The notes beneath the pieces were generated by a model. The model saw only the letters and a list, made by a program, of their open reading frames with translations. It was not told the origin of the DNA and searched no databases. 60,000 nt of DNA from Camelus dromedarius. Lineage: Eukaryota. Positions 37,723-49,977 of this stretch are shown here, piece after piece. Made by a program: the position numbers and the translations under genes. Within the stretch, counting starts at the first letter, position 1, and each line of letters opens with the position of its first letter. The DNA is taken from the NCBI RefSeq assembly GCF_036321535.1, contig NC_087437.1, forward strand, positions 109,804,001 to 109,864,000, in the 5' to 3' direction.

Positions 37723-37970
37723 TATTTATTTATCTATTTTTATTGAAGTACAGTCAGTTACAATGTGTCAGTTTCTGCTGTACAGCACAATGTCCCAGTC
37801 ATGCATATACATACACATATTCATTTTCATATTCTTTTTCATTACAGGTTATTGCAAGGTATTGAATATAGTTCCCCATGCTATACAGAAGAAATTAGTT
37901 TTTTATCTGTTTTTATGTATAGTGGTTAACATTTGCAAATCTCAAACTCCCAAATTTATCCCTTCCCACT
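37723..37970 (-). mobile_element. Young L1 3' end
   Basis: Close reverse-complement match to the 35190 copy. Confidence 0.85.
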
Positions 37971-40854
37971 ACTGATTTATTTTTTAATCTTAACACTGCC
38001 CTCAGGATCCTCTACGTCACCGCCCCCACAGGTCAGGGGTATCAGTATTTCTGGTCATAACTATCATTTATTTAAAACATCTGTTCTCTTCTCAGCATAC
38101 TGATCAGTTCATTTTCATGAATTATCAAAAATATTACAAGGGAATAGCTCTCACTTACCTCTAGTTATTTGAATAATTGTTATCTTCAACCTGGGTCTAA
38201 TTTCCATCTATTTCATCATATTTATATTTTAAAGGTACCATGCTTCATGGACAGAGAGTCACAACTCTCACCTTCCAGGGCTAAAGAATCCATCTGTTCA
38301 CAGGATGTTCTGTCCTCAAATATGGGTTAGCAACTGACCTACGCAGACTAACCTGATCTTAAGGAAAAGAGAATGCTTATAAGTTTAGGTCACCTGTCTC
38401 TGCTTTCATATGCCATGTTAAAGCATATGAAAACCAAATAAAGAAGAATGCAGGAGCATTGATTCATTTTTAATTAATAGTCACTAACAATTAAGTTAGC
38501 CAAGTTATGCTTCTCTCAGCTTGTTTCCAGAGTCCATTATGTTAAATCACATCTTGAAAATGATAAATTACACTCTGAAGTTGTGTAAGAATAGAGGAAG
38601 GTAGAGCAGATGGATTCTAAAAATGATTCCAAATTATAATCTATAGCTATTTTACTTGGTTTCTCATACTACTTACCCACTTGAAAAAAAATTTAAAAAT
38701 TAAAATAAAAAATTGGTTTTGCCCATTGCTAAACCATTCCATGTTGCAGGAACGGGGCAGGTGGCATCAGCTCATGAGTGAGGGCACTTTGTTGTTCCAC
38801 TTGTCAACACTGACGTCCCCCAGAGGGGACTTTCTTTTTTCCTTTTTTTTAAGCCAGGTACTTAATTATATCCTCACAATCATTTAGCCTTGTGAATTCA
38901 TATCAAAACAACACAACAGCAGGGATTTTTCCTTATATTGAGCAAGTGATTGGACAGAGTCAGTTGATGGGATACCAGCCAGCTGAGTGGCCTCTCACAT
39001 TTCACTAATGTCAAATGACTTGCTTCTGACCTGGAATGTGATTTTGGTGCATCGAGTCAACCAACTTTGCTCACAGGAAACAAATGCACAAGTTTCCTGA
39101 AAAATGAATCAACCTTCAGATCCTTCCAATGGGTGCGATTTTCTGAGCACATTCATTTTGTCAGGTAGGAGGCCAAAGGTAATAACTGGCTGTTGTGGAA
39201 AGAGCACATACTTACAAAATAAACGTAAGCTCTTGCATTATTTCTCATGTAATAAAAACCTATTATGTGCCAGGCTCTGTCTGGATTGAGTGCTGATGGT
39301 ACAAGGCGACTGCAAGAAACACATGAGCATCCACTTAGTGTCTTGAATGAGATTTTGTTTCCTTTATCCTCTCAGTAAAACTGTGATGTAACAGGATGCC
39401 CTGGTTAGACTGGGTCCCAGTTATGCTGACATCTTCATGTCCAGCAGCGGGAGAATTGTCTTTTAAATTTACTAGAACGGGAGTTGTGCTTTAAATATTA
39501 AAAATGCTTTTCTGAAAATGGAGGCTAGAATTTACCTTTGAGAGTAGATTGCACCTTTATTTTGGAGGTGGGGGGAGGCAATAAAACTTTACTAGGAATT
39601 TAAGTTAGATTAAAGTAAAGATTCTATTGTGAAACTGAGATTCCAGAAACAGAGGTATGGAAGCGCTCAGCGTAATGATGAAAAAAGTTATCTTTTTAAT
39701 GCATGAGGTTGGGTTTTCCAAAATTGTGTTTCCTCTCTTAAAAACTGTCCTTTGCCTGTAGTTTTGGGGAGAGTTAGGACCTAACTTTGAATAGAAGAGG
39801 GATGCTCAAGGTGTGTCCCTGGTAGGAAGGAGAGCCAGGAGATTCCTGGAGGGCAGGACACGTGGACTCTGGGACCTGCTATTTTGTTGATTGCTTTGAA
39901 ATTCCTATGTGATATCCAAACATGCACACACTCTGTTCTTAGTTGTTTACAGAGGATATCATATTGCACATCCCTGTACTTAGGAGGGATGTGTGTGTTT
40001 GTGTATGTGTGTGTGTGTGTACTGTGGGTCTGCGTCTGTTTGAAGGAAGTTGAGTAGAGATTATGGAAGTAGCCTTAAGAAAAGCTGAACTCCATTATGA
40101 AGCTAGTGGAGGTGGCAGTGATCTTTGATACAGACTAGAATTTCTGGAGTCCAGTAGGGCTCCCAGACTATTGAAATTTAGGCTTGAAAGAGATATCTGA
40201 TTCCCCAAAGCATAATATCTCCCTCAAGACATTTGTCAGTTTATAAGAGGGGTGGAAAGAAAGGCTGAGAAGTACAAGCTAAAGCTAGTGCTAAAGCTAG
40301 TACTAAAAGGCAAAAATCCTGAGTAGAGATCATGATCGTCTTTGGGATTGGAAGATCCAATGGTATTCAGTGCTACCAAAGTGGCCAGTAACTGGGAACC
40401 CAAGATCTTGGAGGGAAAAGAACAGAGAAGTAAGCCCAACAGCTGACCATCCAGAAGGGGCTCAGGCCAAGAAATGGAGAAACTCAGCAACAAAGCTCCT
40501 TCTAAGAGGCTGAAAAACGATACAGAGATGTTAACAGTTCTCAACATTGGACAGCTAAAAGTTGAATTTCCCTGTGGACGGCTCCTGGTAAATAAGCCAG
40601 GCTTTCAGTTGGTATCCTTGAAGGATTACATTCTGGAAGTAAAGATAGAACGTACGTATATCAGATCTTCAAAAGACTAACCCTCCCTGAAGTCAGCCTA
40701 GAAAATGGAGAGTCCTGTTACCTTGTCTCCATCTACCTGTCTACCAGAAGCTAAAAGGAATTATCTTGAGAAAGTATCAGCCATGCCAGGCCTCTGCAAA
40801 GTCTTGTATTCAATTGCACATACCGCAGGTCCAAGAGAAGTGACAAAGAGGGGA

Positions 40855-40862
<8 letters not shown>

Positions 40863-40887
<25 letters not shown>
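40863..40887 (+). repeat. (GA)n microsatellite
   Basis: Directly visible. Confidence 0.9.
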
Positions 40888-42508
40888 AAGACGATGGAGA
40901 CTTCCATGGGTGATCCAGATAGTGACACGAAAGCTGGACAATGATGTTGCAACTATGTAATAGGCCATTTTGTTATATGAATTTAGATGTAAAAATTTTA
41001 AACCAAATGTTAACAAATTAAATCTTGCAGTGTTTTAAAAGGATAACATATTACAGACAAAATGTGTTTATTCTATAAGGACAAATATTGTTTAACATAA
41101 AAAAAAAATCTCTTAAATTCTCCATAGGCAGAGAAAAGGACATAGCCTAGGAGAGTCTCAACAGATAGAGTAAAAGCATGTTGTAAAACTCAGTCTTCAT
41201 TTAGGAACAAACAAACATTGCAAGCTGTGAATAAAAGGGGATTTTCTTAATCTGATAGAGGGTATCTACAAAAAATACCTACAGCAAACCTTTTGTTTAA
41301 TGGTGATTTATAGAAATTCTTTTTTCCCTCAAGTCTGAGAATGGATCAAGGAGGTTAGAGTCAGCTCTGCAATTTAATTGTGTACTTGAGTTCCTATCCA
41401 TAGTAATAATTCAAGGAGGAAGAGAAAGCATGAAAACTGAGCAGAAATAAATAACACAAACTTTTCAGAATGATTGGACTGTATGTGTAGCTAATCCAGA
41501 AATCCTACAGATAAACGATTGCAATACCCGAACTCAGCAAGGTCACTAAATACAATGCATACAGAATCAATGCATTTTTTTATACTAGAAATAGAGTTTC
41601 AAGAAATGAAATACAAAAATAGACCTTATCAGTGCTTTTTAAAGAGTTATATAGTAAGTGTTTGGTGTAGAGTGGGCAATGGTGTAAAAGTAGATAAACT
41701 GACCAATGGAAAACTAGAGAATCTAGAAATAGACCCACATGTGTGGACATTTATGACAAAGATTTCACTATGGAGAAGTGGAGAAAAAAATAGTCTTTCA
41801 GTAAATTGTTAATACAATTGGATATTCATAAGGAGGAAAATTGGAACTTGACTCCCAGCAGCACACTATGCACAAAGATAAATCACAGTTATGCTTTACA
41901 TTTAAGTGCAGAAGTTAAACTATTAAAACTTCGAGAATACAAAGACAGAATACATTCACGACTTTAGAGGTAAGCAACAATTCTGAAGTAGATGACAGTA
42001 AGCACTAACATAATGTAAGAAAAAGAAAAAGTGGATCGTATTATAAATAAGAACTCCAAAGCTACTAGTAAGTTATTGAAAATGCAAGCCTCAGAGCATG
42101 GGAGAAGGAATCTGCAATATGTTCAAAAGCATATATGAATTATACACATGATACAGTGGGAGATAACAGTAAAAAATGAGCAAATCTTGGACAAACCCTT
42201 TACAAAAAGGAATTACAAAATCGCCAATATGCATAAGAAAAAACTACTCAACCTCATGAGTGTGCACAGAAATACAAAGTAAAAACCACACAGATAAACC
42301 ACTTCATGCACACACAGAAGGATGGCTAAGATTAAAAGGAGAAATGCAAGTTCTGCTGAGCATGTAGCATGGACATTTATGTATAAATTAACACACTGGA
42401 AAAGCATATTGCAGTCCCTACTAAGGAAGCCCAACATCTCAGGAATTCTGTTCCTAATTGTATATCACACAGAGATGTGGACCTAAAGGGATGTGCAATA
42501 ATGTTCTT

Positions 42509-42771
42509 CTTTTTTTTTAAAGTGATTATCTTGGGAGCTGTCTATTTTTTTAATTGAAGTATAGTCTGTTACACTGTGTCAATTTCTGGTGTACAGCACA
42601 ATGTCCCAGTCATGCACATACATATATTCATTTTCATATTCTTTTCCATTAAAGGCTATTATAAGATATTGAACATAGTTCCCTGTGCTATACAGAAAAA
42701 ACCTTTTTTAGTATCTATTTTCATATTAGTGGCCAACATTTGTAGATCTCAAAACTCCCAAATTTATCCCT
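42509..42771 (-). mobile_element. Young L1 3' end inserted in an older L1
   Basis: Same L1 3' UTR; TSD TGTTCTT at 42502-42508 and 42772-42778. Confidence 0.85.
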
Positions 42772-44349
42772 TGTTCTTAACAACACTCTTTGCTGTAGTC
42801 AAAAAAAATTAAAACAAAACCTAAATGCTCATCATACTAGAAAAATAAATTAAGTCATTGTACAATCCACAGTATACTATTTAGCAATGAAAAGAATCAA
42901 ACTGTATTCATGAATCTTACCAACATAATTCTAAGCAAAAAATATTTAGACATCAAAGAGTACATACTTTTTATAAAGCTCAAAAATAGGCAAAGCTAAT
43001 TCATGGAAAAAGTCAGGACTGGAGTTGCCTTTGAGAAGGAGAAGCAGTTGAGGAATTTCTGGGATGCTGACAACGTCCTGTTTGCTGATACAGGTGCTGG
43101 TTACACAACTGTGTTCCCTTTTAGAAGATTCAGCAATCTTCAGTGTTAAGATTTTTTTCACTTTTTTCTTTTTATACAGTGCTTAAGTAAAGACATTTAC
43201 TGAAAAAAAAAATTAAATCCACACTGTGGTGAGTGCTATAATGCCTTCCACAAAGAGGGCAGTCAATACACTCTTGTCAAATGACAGCCTGCACAAGGAA
43301 CATGAACATCCTGGGTAACGTCAGGTAAACTCTGCACTCAGGCATGCCGCTAATGCCTTAGATAGGACTGTGGCGATAAACAGGTATTTTCCAGGCTCAA
43401 AGAGAAAAGGAGAGTAAATAAAAAGAACAGCATACACTGAGAAATTTTCCAAGGCTGAAAACTGAAAATGTAGCAACTTTCTGCAAAGGCTGAATTAATT
43501 GCTCAAGTTTTGTGACTTGAAGCCCTTTATTCCATTTGGCCAGACTATGAAAGAGAAATGCAGTGGAAGAGTATCTGCTCTTCATGGGGCTGATTACCCA
43601 TTTCCTCCCTCCTGCTGCCTCCCCATTAGGCATGTGGCTACTCATTAGCCCCAGAGAGAGGGCGGGGAAAGGAAAGGGGGAAAAGTCAAACTAGTTAATT
43701 AGGCAGCCCTGGCCAGAGGTTTAGTAGAAGAAGGAGGTTGAACTAATGGCGAAAATGAGTCTGTTAGAGGTAATGAAACTCTTAGTTTTGGCTTCCTCAT
43801 GACTATATGGAGAAATGAGAATTCACTTTAATTTGCTTTTTAATAGCATCCCATGTGATACAGGCTCTTTTACACTTAGTGCAATGACTAAATACTTTAA
43901 TGTATAGAAGATACTTAGGAAACTAGCACCTGTTTAAACTTTAAGCATTCATTCCCTGATCAAATACAAAATATGAAAACAAAAACTACCTTAAGAAGTC
44001 TATTTTTTAACAACAAACTCTATGCTGTTACAAAAAGGCAATGGAAAAATGACGTGGGCTTTTTGCGATGTACGTAGCAAATGACGTCACAAGTTTTTTT
44101 TTAAACTAAATGTTCCTAATTTTTATTTTCAAATTATGGGAAGATAACATTTTTAAAAATAACAATATCATCACTCATTAGAATTGTTCACTGGATCATT
44201 CAACTTTAAGCAATGCCTTCTAGAATAGAGATTTCATTAGATTGGAATATGGTTCAAAGCTATCTGAGAAATATATTTACTGTATTTGAAAGCAAATTCA
44301 TTGGCGAGTGACTTACTTGGCACTGAAAAGGTATATTTTAATATATCTT

Positions 44350-44415
44350 CATATAGCACAGGCAACTGTATTCAGTATCCTGTAATAAACCATTATGGAA
44401 AAGAAAAAATAAATA
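44350..44415 (+). mobile_element. Small L1 3' fragment
   Basis: ATATAGCACAGGCAACTGTATTCAGTATCCTGTAATAAACCATTATGGAAAAGAA matches the L1 3' UTR motif seen in the other copies. Confidence 0.7.
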
Positions 44416-44704
44416 TGAGCAATATTTTATTCCAAAAAATAAAAGAAGGAAACAACCTATGCAACCATCACCAAAAAAGATGGAAGCAGCCTAAATGTGA
44501 TCATTTCCTGCCTCATACAGAGCACTGTACACATCAAAATTTATGACATGTGTGCCAATGATGGAAAAATTAATCTTGGTTCAATTTGCTAATAGAAACT
44601 TTCAGGAAACGGTGGTTAAATAAATGAAAAAAGAATCAGTCACTAAAAATAAAATTGGTTTTTAAAAAGTACAAATCAATTTCCTACTCTCATCCTTATC
44701 CAGA

Positions 44705-45130
44705 GTGAGAAGGAAAACAAAGCAACCACTGTCATCCGGGAAATGGTTTGACACTCACAGCCATGTTGGTGTCCTGTTGGTCAGACACAATCTCACAAGA
44801 CATCAGTATCAGACAAGGTCATTCTGCAATCAAGGTCATTGTGCATCCCACGGAACACAACCATCTCCCTCTCTTGGCCAACAGGAGACACATGCTGCTT
44901 TATAGCTTTCGTCTACTTTCCATGTAGATAAGACTTACTGTGATAGCCAATCATAGGACTGCTGATCTCTGACAGCCCCCAAACTAGAGTGAGCCTGCTT
45001 CCTTACACCTTCCCCCAAGTTCCCAAATCCAATATGAGGTTCTTTCTAACATCCGTGGTGTGCGTTCTCCCTCATCACAACAGGTAATAAACCCAGCTTG
45101 TTAAATGAAAAAAATACACAGGTGTATCTT
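44705..45130 (+). mobile_element. Old ERV LTR-like element
   Basis: CCAAT (AGCCAATCA), then GTGGTGTGCGTTCTCCCTC...AATAAACCCAGCTTGTT, an R/U5-like end. Family not assigned. Confidence 0.5.
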
Positions 45131-46007
45131 CAGAAAACAACCATATGACAAGATAGTGGACTTCCCATTTCAACTTGGTCTGCTAACTTATCTTCAGTGA
45201 ATAGACTTTTCACTGACTATTTGGAGCCTCTGGCACATTGGAACTCACTTATGAATAAGCAAAACATAGAGAAATAGTTAAACAGCAACGGTCCAAAGAG
45301 GCACAAATGGGAAACATTCACAACAGAAAAGTGGCAGAGGAGGAATGAGAGGGCTTATGAGCAAGCTAAGAAAATGTAACCACAGAGGAAATAGTGCTGC
45401 TAAATAAAAGTCATCCGTTTCTGGAATCTAACGGTATCTGTTAGAAGCCTATAGGAAAAATTCATATTGTGGTCGACACATTTGCAAAGCATACATAACT
45501 TAATAGATACTATTACAAAAACAGATAGTATCTTAATGAACCTATGAAGTAGTAAATTGTCATAGCAATATGATGTTTATAAATGGTTGATGGAGACTCT
45601 GTATTTTGAAGTCAGAGGTTTAAGCAAATAAGACTTAGACCTGATTCTGAAATATCAGTCAATCTCTGAACCTAGGAAGTTACTGGTTTGCTTTGGTTTG
45701 GTATCAGCAACTTTCCAAGTGTTCTGCACAGCTTATCAATGAATGGCCATTTAAAAAGTGAAGTAATGAGATGCTTAATTATTTCTTTCAAACTGAATTT
45801 ACAGGTATGGGTTGCATGGTTAATGAACACTGTTATGATCTAATTACAATTTCTAGATATGGAGTTATTTGATCTAACAGACCAAACATTATGTGGATTT
45901 CTACCTTAGTAGTAAGAACAGGGTGGAAATTGAACAAACACATTATACCTCATCTGATAGGAAGAGTATAGTATTAGTGGACCTGCTCTCAAGTAATCCA
46001 CCCTAGC

Positions 46008-46455
46008 TGCATTTGTTCAAGGTTCTCCAGAAAAGCAGAGCTAATAGCAGATAGTATAGATATATCTAAATGTAGAAACATAGGGAGATATTTCTTCTAA
46101 GGAATTGGTGGTTTATGTAACTGTAGGGACTGGCAAGTCCAAAATCTGCAGAACAGGCTGGCAAGCTGGAGACTCAGGGAAGTTCAAGTCTTAAACTTGC
46201 AGCTCAAGTCTTAAAACAGTCTGGATGAAGAATTTCCTTTTCCTCAAGGGACCTCAGTCCGTCTTCTCTTCAGGCCTTCAACTGATTGGATGAGGCCCAC
46301 CCACATTAAGAAGAGTAATCTGCTTACTCAGTCTACTGATCTAAATCTTAATCTCATCTAAAAAAGTATGTTCACAGAGACATTTAGACCGGTGTTTGAC
46401 TAAATAACTGGGTACCATGGCCTAGCCAAGCTGACACATAAAACTAACCATCACA
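46008..46455 (-). mobile_element. MLT2 (ERVL) solo LTR
   Basis: GGTTCTCCAGA...GGCCTTCAACTGATTGGATGAGGCCCACCCACATT...GACACATAAAACTAACCATCACA, hallmark MLT2 sequence. Confidence 0.9.
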
Positions 46456-46862
46456 GTGGCATTTACACCTCTCAGTAAAAGGAATCTGATTTGGTCAGAT
46501 ATTACTTTCTAATATGGAGCACTGCACTGGGAAAAGTTTTTCACCAAAGTGCTAGAGGCTGTTGGCATCTTTCACACTCAGTACGTATTATTTACCTCTG
46601 ATTCTTGCACTGATCCCTGATAACTTTGATTGTGAGCAAAGAATCAGGTGTAATTTTACTAGATTCTCATGAATTGTGAGAAATTATGCAGAGAGAATTG
46701 CTGAAGGCTGCTTTCCTTAGAAATGCTCTGAGTAAGGCAGGCATCTAGAGTTTTAGCAATTTCTATTATATGTCCAAAATGTGTGTGTCCATTTACAAGC
46801 TATTGGTAATACGTATGCTCTAAATAGAAACGTGGGGTGTGATCACTCCGTTTGAAATGTCC

Positions 46863-47164
46863 TTATTTCTCTACCAGGAATATAATGATATTCCATATTT
46901 TTTTCATTTTTATTTGTTTGAAAACCAGTGAGAAAAAAATTTCCCCACCCATTTGTATCCTTTTATTATTTCTCTACCAGGAATATAATGATATTCCATA
47001 TTTTTTTCATTTTTAGTTGTCTGAAAACCAGTGAGAAAAAAATTTCCCCACCCATTTGTATCCTTTTATTATTTCTCTACCAGGAATATAATGATATTCC
47101 ATATTTTTTTCATTTTTAGTTGTCTGAAAACCAGTGAGAAAAAAATTTCCCCACCCATTTGTAT
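46863..47164. repeat. 103-bp unit tandem repeat, ~3 copies
   Basis: CTACCAGGAA recurs at 46871, 46974 and 47077. Confidence 0.97.
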
Positions 47165-47869
47165 TCTTTTCTCCTTGAGTAAATTGTATATTCATGTTAT
47201 TTTTTGATTCACCTGTTAAAATCTCACAGTTTTCCTTATTCATTTGATTAAGCTTTTCATGTAGTAAATTTGTTAAACCTCTATACCTTTATCATAGCAA
47301 ATATAAACATTTGGCATTTACATTTTTTCCTTTTATATTTATTTTAATCACACAATCATACAATTGCCTGTTTTCAAATCCATCATTTTTTTGAGCGATT
47401 TCTTCTGTTCTTTCAAAACTTATTCCTTTACACATCTGATACAAGTCTCTTCTATTTTTGATTACTGTAAGTATACTTCAAAAAATAATTACATTTTAAG
47501 ATCATCTACAGTCTATTTTAGAGAATGATATCTAGTATGGATCTAACTTTTTTCCCTCCTACTACCTTTAAGGCAATTCACTAAATACTTTTTTTAATTC
47601 CTATATTTTTATAAAATTTATGTAATGTATTAAACAAAAACTTGCATGTATATGCATGTACAAATACATGTCTATATGTGTGTATGTGTATCAACATACA
47701 TATGTGTATATATAGATAGATATCTGTTATAATCTACCTCTATCTATTTATTCATATGGAGAAAAAAGAGATGAAAAGGTATTTCTCGTTGTCTACTCAA
47801 TGGTAATTTTTGAGGTGTATGTCAAGGTTGGAAGCCTGCCAACTTCTAAACGTACATAATTCCTACTTT

Positions 47870-48305
47870 GTCCTGAGAAACAATATGCTGAGTTATAAAT
47901 AGCCGTCTCCCCACACTTCCTTGTGGTACGAATAGAGATGTTATCAAGTTGTGGCCGATGAGATGCGAATAGGAGTCAAGGGATAGGGAACCTGCCCTGC
48001 ACTTTAAAGTGGGCTGTACTTAGCTGGCAACTCTCTTTAGCTGTTTCCCCTCCTCCTTCTCCCCTGCAGCCCGTCTAGAATACAGATCTGGTCCCTGGAG
48101 GCAGAATCATTTCTCCTACAGGAATAGGAAAGCCACACACTGAAGTGGGTGAACAGAAAGCGGGGAGCACCTGTGCTTTTAACGACATCATGAAGCAGCT
48201 GCACCCGCTCTGGCTTGCCCACTTCGCCTCCATCCTAGAGACGCGAGATAATAGCTGTTCATTAAACCTGAAGCCGTGTTCTGTTATCCGGAGCTGAAGG
48301 CAGGC
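47870..48305 (+). mobile_element. Old MLT1-type LTR
   Basis: AAGTTGTGGCCGATGAGATG...GACATCATGAAGCAGCTGCAC...CTGTTA motifs of MLT1J/K-like elements. Confidence 0.6.
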
Positions 48306-49035
48306 TTCGTAAGTGCGTTTAGTTCTACTTGGGATTTGCAGGATTTTCTCTTCACTGAAAATGGCAAATTGGTCAAGCTTCTTGCTTCTAAAACTGGACC
48401 CCTTTTGCTTTTAAAAATACCATAAAATAATGTAATGTCCTGTACAGATGCTTTAAAGATAAAGGGGATTTAAATTAAATCAGGCATAATTTAATGCCTG
48501 CTATATAGAAAATGTACTGATCCAAACAACGGGGCTGCAGTATGATGAAGCCATGACTGTGACACAGAGAACTCATGTGCTGCTGGGTAAGAAAGGTGTG
48601 TAGGAGTAATAACGGTACCCTCTGAGCAGCTTAGCAGATGTAATGTTCCCAAAGCTCACGCCAAGCTCTTCTCAAAATCTGTTTTTCTTTGTTACTTATT
48701 TCATTACAGGGCAGCACCATAAACTCATCCAAAACTCGTATTTCAGAGTTTTCCTTCTTCCTTACCTTCACAATCAATCCAATTTCTAGACTGCTCTGAT
48801 CTGTGCACCATGTCTGTCACTGTCTAGGATACCGGTGTTCGTTGGCAGCAAACTCTAAGGTTAATTTCTCCACCCTATTAGCTGGTTTACCTACCAGCAG
48901 TCTTTTTGTACTGATTTTTTATTTTTGTGCTTGCTACCAAAGTCATCTTTCTAAAAGCTTGTTTAAATTATATCACTTTTCTGCTTAAAAATATTCTTCA
49001 GTTTCACATCATCTACTGGATGGAAACTAACTCTT

Positions 49036-49316
49036 TTTTAAAAAAATTCTTTTAAATTGAAGTATAGTTGATTTACAATATTGTGTTAGTTTCAAGTGTA
49101 TAGCAAAGTGATTCAGTTACATATATAAATATATATATATATAGATAGATAGATAGATAGATAGATTTCTTTCAGATTATTTTCCATTATAGGTTATTAT
49201 AAGACATTGCATATAGTTCTCTGTGCTATATAGTAGGTTCTTGTTCTTTATCAATTTTATATATAGTAGTGTGTATATGTTAATCTCAAACTCCTAATTC
49301 ATCGCTGCCTGCAAAT
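49036..49316 (-). mobile_element. L1 3' end with internal (TA)n/(TAGA)n
   Basis: L1 3' UTR motif; TSD CTAACTCTT at 49027-49035 and 49317-49325. Confidence 0.85.
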
Positions 49317-49512
49317 CTAACTCTTCCATATGGCCGATAAGAACCATCACCCAACCTGTACCCTGTACCCACAGGGTATCTGTACCCACAGTATAAGTTC
49401 CAGCTGCCAAAGACAAATGGGAGTTTTCTAAGTGTCTTGTTCTTTATGGCCCCCTCTGTGTACCATGGGAAGCCTTCTATTCTCTTCTCTGTCTGAATCA
49501 TATTCCCAACTC

Positions 49513-49977
49513 TGTTACCAAAGGCAAATTTGTGTGTCCACTGCACCATGAGGCCAAACAAACTGAAACATCAGAGTTTGGAGCAGAGAAAGGTTTGTTG
49601 CAGGGCCAAGCAAGGAGGACGGGGTGGCTCATGCCCAAGAAAACCTCAACTCCTTAAGGGTTTCAGCAAAGCACATTTAAAGGGCAGGTAAGGGAGGGGG
49701 GTCACAAGGTGCGTGACCAGCTCACGCATAATTCTCTGATTGGTTGCTGTTGAGGTAAAGGTGCTATCAACACCTAGGGGCCAGAAGATCTGGGGCCACA
49801 TGCTCTTGATCATCAAGTAGTTCATTTCTTCCCTTTGGCAGTGGTTCTAAGCATCTGAAAAACTCAGGAAATATACATGAGATACTATTATCTGGGTCCT
49901 TCAGAGAGGAGCTGCAGTAAAGGGTATAGGGGAGGGGTCTGACCTTGGAAGGCCTCACGGGGTCCTGCTCGGTTGCA
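49513..49977 (-). mobile_element. ERV1-like solo LTR (465 bp)
   Basis: TG...CA termini, near TSD ACTC/ACTG; CCAAT and a TATA-like TTTAAA on the - strand. Confidence 0.82.

Larger units (their letters stand above)
40130..43210 (+). mobile_element. Ancient L1M-type LINE relic, internally deleted
   Basis: Degraded ORF2-region motifs (e.g. GAGAATCTAGAAATAGACCCACAT, CTCAGCAAGGTCAC) and L1M-type 3' UTR; no intact ORF. The 5' part (40130-40930) is less certain. Confidence 0.75.

Noticed and set aside
40130..43210. Active or domesticated L1
   Set aside because: Heavily mutated and deleted, with only short spurious ORFs.
46863..47164. Regular repeats resembling a CRISPR array
   Set aside because: No unique spacers, mammalian DNA and no cas genes; it is a plain tandem duplication.
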